NCBI GenBank assembly: GCA_902781465.1 | Contig: CACZJK010000001.1 | Location: 60,243-124,242 of the forward strand | DNA length: 64,000 bases | Direction: 5' to 3' | DNA from: an uncultured Pseudomonadota bacterium | GTDB taxonomy: Bacteria; Pseudomonadota; Alphaproteobacteria; Rs-D84 | Shown here: positions 60,183 to 64,000 of the stretch, piece after piece | Layout of the letters: the number at the start of each line of letters is the position of its first letter | Numbering within the stretch: the first letter of the stretch is position 1 | The notes under the pieces: generated by a model | Seen by the model: the letters and a program-made list of their open reading frames with translations, nothing else | Told to the model about the DNA's origin: nothing | Databases searched by the model: none | Made by a program: the position numbers and the translations under genes

Positions 60183-62501
60183 TTATGCGCGCAATTTTGC
60201 ACCGCATTTTGTTTCTATATTCTTTATCACTTTATCTTGAATTTCTAACAATTCTTTATCAGACATATTTTTATCTGGATAAATAGTGATTGTAAATGCG
60301 ATTGATTTTTGACCGTCGCCCATATCAAACGCATCAAATATAACAGCATCCGCAATACTTGAATCAGAAGCAATTGCTGTTGCTATTATTTTTTGTGATT
60401 CAAATTTATTATCAACCACAAAAGCAAAATCACGTGTGATTGGCATAAAGTCTGTCAAAGGCAATTTTTTATATTTCGGATTTTTTGGTAAATCTTCAAT
60501 ATTTTCTATTATACCCACAAATACTTTTGTTTTTATATGTAATTGCTTTGCAATTGATGGATGCAGTTGACCAAATTCACCCAAAACTTTTTTACCCTGA
60601 ACAATTTTTCCGTAAACATAAGGATGCGCCCAAAGTGGTGCGTTTGTTGTATCAACAGTATATTTTTGTGCACCAAGTAATGATACAATATCTGACTTTA
60701 CATCAAACACATCAACACCGCGATTACGTTTTTGCCAATGTTTTTGTGATGTTTCACCACAACGAACGATACAAAGTGAAGTATGTTGTTCACCTGGCAT
60801 ATCACCATCAAATACAGTCCCAAGTTCGAACATATTCAAATCAGAAAATCCGCGTTTTTCATTGTTTGAAATTGCCAACAATAAATTTTCCAGCAAATTA
60901 TTCCGCATCGTATCCATATCAACAACAATAGGATTTGCAACACGAACAATCGGTTTATTAAACAACAAAGTTTCTGTTTTAGAATTTCCGAAACCAAAAC
61001 TTGGTGCTTCGTTCAAACCGCGATTTGCCAATTTAGTTTTCAAATCCAAATTCATTTCATTATGAATTGCTTTGATATTATTTTGCGGTAAATCTTTCAA
61101 TCCGATTTTTTCATATCCATAAATACGTATCAATTCAGAAACTATATTTTCAGGAATTACAACATCAGTTCTTTGTGGATGTGGTGTAATGATTAAATCA
61201 TTACCTTTTTCAACAACTGTGAAATGTAATTTCTTTAAAATATCTATTTGGGTTTGTTTATCCAATTTTAATCCTGTCTTTTTTTCAAATAATGACGGAT
61301 TATAAACAATAGATTCTGGTGTATAAGACAAACGACCCGCCCCAGACACATTTACAATTTCACCACCGCATGTATCCATTATAATCTTTGCCGCCAAAGA
61401 TAATGCTGCCAATGTGCCATCTGGATTTATACCGCGTTCATAACGATACGAAGAATCTGTGGATACACCATGTCTTTTTGCAGATTTGCGAACAGACACC
61501 GGATTAAAATATGCAGATTCTAAAATAATATTTTTTGTTTCATCTGTTGTAGAACCGCGTGCGCCACCAATAACACCAGCCAAAGCCAAAATGCCCGCAT
61601 CATCAGCAATAACCAAATCTTTATCACATAATTCATGTTCGTTTCCAAACAGGTCTGTGAATTTTTCCCCGTCTTTTGCCATACGCACAGTTATATTGCC
61701 AACTATCTTATCTGTATCAAAACAATGCATAGGCTGTGCCAAATCATAGCAAATATAGTTGGTCGCATCAATCGCGGCATTTTTCGGATTTATTCCCGCA
61801 GACAACAAACAATTTTGAATTGTTTTATTTGACGGCGCATTTTTAATTCCATGAATTTCACAGAAACGATATGTTGGACAAGCATCACTTGCCAAAAGAT
61901 TTACTTTTCGTGTTCCTTTTACTTCTTTTAATTCTGTAATTTTTTCATCAATAAATTCGCCAGCACCCGCCGCAGACAAATCGCGCGCAATACCACGCAC
62001 AGATAAATAGTCTGGACGATTTGGTGTAATAGATGTTTCAAATACAGCAGACGCATTTCCAGACAAAGCAGATATTGGTTGACCGATTACTTCTTTTGAT
62101 TCATCCAGTTCGATAATACCACTGTGATCATCGCCAATACCCAATTCTTTTGCACTGCACATCATACCATTTGATTCAACACCGCGTAATTTACCAGGTT
62201 CAATAACCATATCGCCAATTTTACACCCAGGCAATGCCAGCGCAGATACCAAACCTTCGCGCGCATTTGGCGCACCACAAACAACCTGGCGTAATGTACC
62301 AGAACCATCATCTACCTTTAACACATGTAAATGGTCAGAATTTTCATGCGCCTTGCATTCAATTATTTTTGCAGCGATTGGTAAAATTGGATTATATAAA
62401 TCTTCGACTTCTAATCCCAGGCCATTTAATTTATCACCTATTTGTTCAGGGGATAAATCTGTATTCAAATATTGTTTTAACCAAGAATAAGACCATTTCA
62501 T
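60183..62501 (-). CDS. pheT: phenylalanine--tRNA ligase beta subunit
   Basis: 772 aa with tRNA-binding, B3/B4 and B5 domains. Confidence 0.9.
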   Translation of the reverse strand: MKWSYSWLKQYLNTDLSPEQIGDKLNGLGLEVEDLYNPILPIAAKIIECKAHENSDHLHVLKVDDGSGTLRQVVCGAPNAREGLVSALALPGCKIGDMVIEPGKLRGVESNGMMCSAKELGIGDDHSGIIELDESKEVIGQPISALSGNASAVFETSITPNRPDYLSVRGIARDLSAAGAGEFIDEKITELKEVKGTRKVNLLASDACPTYRFCEIHGIKNAPSNKTIQNCLLSAGINPKNAAIDATNYICYDLAQPMHCFDTDKIVGNITVRMAKDGEKFTDLFGNEHELCDKDLVIADDAGILALAGVIGGARGSTTDETKNIILESAYFNPVSVRKSAKRHGVSTDSSYRYERGINPDGTLAALSLAAKIIMDTCGGEIVNVSGAGRLSYTPESIVYNPSLFEKKTGLKLDKQTQIDILKKLHFTVVEKGNDLIITPHPQRTDVVIPENIVSELIRIYGYEKIGLKDLPQNNIKAIHNEMNLDLKTKLANRGLNEAPSFGFGNSKTETLLFNKPIVRVANPIVVDMDTMRNNLLENLLLAISNNEKRGFSDLNMFELGTVFDGDMPGEQHTSLCIVRCGETSQKHWQKRNRGVDVFDVKSDIVSLLGAQKYTVDTTNAPLWAHPYVYGKIVQGKKVLGEFGQLHPSIAKQLHIKTKVFVGIIENIEDLPKNPKYKKLPLTDFMPITRDFAFVVDNKFESQKIIATAIASDSSIADAVIFDAFDMGDGQKSIAFTITIYPDKNMSDKELLEIQDKVIKNIETKCGAKLRA

Positions 62502-62516
62502 TTTATCACCCCTATA

Positions 62517-63458
62517 TTAAAAACCGTTATTTTTTAACCAACGAACATCGCCATCATAGAATTTACGAATATCGTTTAAACCATATTTTAACATTGCCAT
62601 ACGATCCCAACCGAAACCAAACGCAAAACCTTGGTATTCATTTGGATCTATATTGCAATTCTTTAATACATTTGGATGCACAATACCGGCGCCACCCATT
62701 TCAAGCCATTTATCACCCCATTTCATATCAAATTCAACAGAAGGTTCTGTGAAAGGAAAGTATGACGGACGAATACGAATTTCAATATCGCGTTCAAAGA
62801 ATCTTGAAAGCAATGTACGCAAAGTTGCAATCAAATCAGACATAGTCACATTTTTATCAACATATAAACCTTCGATTTGATGGAACATAGGGGCATGTGT
62901 CGCATCCATTTCTTTACGATAGGTAGAACCAACCGCAAACATTTTAATTGGCGCACCTTCTTTTTCCATCGCACGAATCTGAATAGAACTGGTCTGGGTA
63001 CGCGCAACATTTCCATTTTCCATAAAGAAACTGTCTTGCATATCACGCGCAGGATGATATTCCGGGGTATTTAATGCGGTAAAATTATGCCAATCATCTT
63101 CGATTTCTGGACCAGTCCAAAGTGTAAATCCAAAAGATTCCAAAATGGCTGATAATTCCTTTAAACTCTGTGTCAAAGGATGTAATGTTCCGCGTGTTTC
63201 TGGTTCGCCATCCAAAGTGACATCGACATATTCGGTTGCCAATTTGGCGTTCAAGGCCGCATTTTCCAATTCTGTCTGTTTTTCTTTGAATAACTGACGC
63301 AATTCAGCATTTTCAGCATTTATAACCGCACGTTCTTCATTAGACAATGTCGCCATAGTCTTTAATTTCGCGGTCATAGTACCATTTTTACCAAAAGTTT
63401 CCGCATACAAAGCCTGTAATTCTTCGATTGATGATGCGTTTTTAATTTTATCTTTCAT
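62517..63458 (-). CDS. pheS: phenylalanine--tRNA ligase alpha subunit
   Basis: Class II aaRS motifs FRVDYFPFTEPS-like and GFGFGWDRMAML. Confidence 0.9.
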   Translation of the reverse strand: MKDKIKNASSIEELQALYAETFGKNGTMTAKLKTMATLSNEERAVINAENAELRQLFKEKQTELENAALNAKLATEYVDVTLDGEPETRGTLHPLTQSLKELSAILESFGFTLWTGPEIEDDWHNFTALNTPEYHPARDMQDSFFMENGNVARTQTSSIQIRAMEKEGAPIKMFAVGSTYRKEMDATHAPMFHQIEGLYVDKNVTMSDLIATLRTLLSRFFERDIEIRIRPSYFPFTEPSVEFDMKWGDKWLEMGGAGIVHPNVLKNCNIDPNEYQGFAFGFGWDRMAMLKYGLNDIRKFYDGDVRWLKNNGF

Positions 63459-63533
63459 TTTTACCCCATTTATAAAAATAAGACCGTATCTCTACGGCCT
63501 TATTGTGACAAAACAAAACCTTGCCGTAAAGTG

Positions 63534-63902
63534 TTATTTCGCAACTTTGGCAATAAATCGTTTTGCAGTTTCAATCAATGTTTCAAAGTTTTTATCAGCA
63601 TCGTATGCCATTTGGGCCAAAACTTTACGGTCCAATGTGATACCTGCTTTCTTTAAACCATTCATGAACTGGCTGTATGTCAAACCATTTGGACGAACCG
63701 CAGCATTGATACGAACAATCCACAAAGAACGGAAATCACGTTTCTTTTGACGACGATCGCGATATGCATATTGTCCGGCTTTTTCGGTTTTTTCACGTGC
63801 AGCACGATAAGTTGAATGATGACGGCCCAAATAACCTTTGGCACGTTCAAGTATTTTATTGTGTTTTTGTTTAACGGTGGTACCGCGTTTTACTCTTGCC
63901 AT
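63534..63902 (-). CDS. rplT: 50S ribosomal protein L20
   Basis: MARVKRGT N-terminus, conserved over the full length. Confidence 0.9.
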   Translation of the reverse strand: MARVKRGTTVKQKHNKILERAKGYLGRHHSTYRAAREKTEKAGQYAYRDRRQKKRDFRSLWIVRINAAVRPNGLTYSQFMNGLKKAGITLDRKVLAQMAYDADKNFETLIETAKRFIAKVAK

Positions 63903-63914
63903 AATGTGCCCCCT

Positions 63915-64000
63915 TTATTATTTCAAACCGTATGGAGCCAAGATTTTAGCCTGACCCACCATGTTTTCGTTCAAATACTGTGGTTTTGCCCCGGCTTTAT
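63915..64000 (-). CDS. rpmI: 50S ribosomal protein L35 (partial, C-terminal end only)
   Basis: Minus-strand translation ends ...KAGAKPQYLNENMVGQAKILAPYGLK*. The gene lies upstream of rplT and is truncated by the window edge. Confidence 0.6.

Overview
AT-rich (~35% GC) chromosomal window, probably from a reduced-genome alphaproteobacterium of the Rickettsiales/Holosporales kind. Supporting evidence is rsmG-parA-parB with a parS site, a DUF4167 protein, a type-2 IleS, and mreB without mreCD. About 55 housekeeping genes are recognisable (dnaX, infB, nusA, lptF/D, surA, rlmN, pnp, ybaB, gpsA, rsmG, parAB, pal, infC, xseB, mutS, truB, rpsO, recF, a TolC-MacA-MacB efflux set, accBC, yidD, rnpA, mreB, metG, queH, fabDG, mnmG, nth, ileS, pheST, rplT, rpmI) plus four tRNAs (Val-TAC, Cys-GCA, Val-GAC, Thr-CGT). 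Many conserved operons are broken: rpsO is separated from pnp, dnaX from ybaB, rnpA lacks rpmH and yidC, and mnmG is separated from rsmG. Interleaved with the housekeeping genes is an accessory layer of duplicated cassettes encoding five families (A-E) of small signal-peptide proteins. Families B and C carry a Listeria-Bacteroides-type GW repeat and families D and E carry a glycine-zipper segment. GC-rich C(4-6)N(2-4)G(4-6) palindromes flank the B/C cassettes. Two repeated structured leader-RNA families precede these genes. R1 has five copies of about 180 nt, each with its own promoter, four hairpins that co-vary between copies, an invariant GGUUGGAGGG/CCUCCAACC alternative-pairing switch and an intrinsic terminator. 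R2 has two copies carrying a GAAA-tetraloop hairpin whose 3' strand can instead form a terminator. I could not match either family to a known riboswitch or sRNA class from sequence alone. Also notable are a 33-bp perfect duplication of the tRNA-Val 3' end 168 bp downstream (att-like integration scar) and a two-gene unknown module with a TTGACAA-N10-TTGTCAA operator between ileS and pheT.
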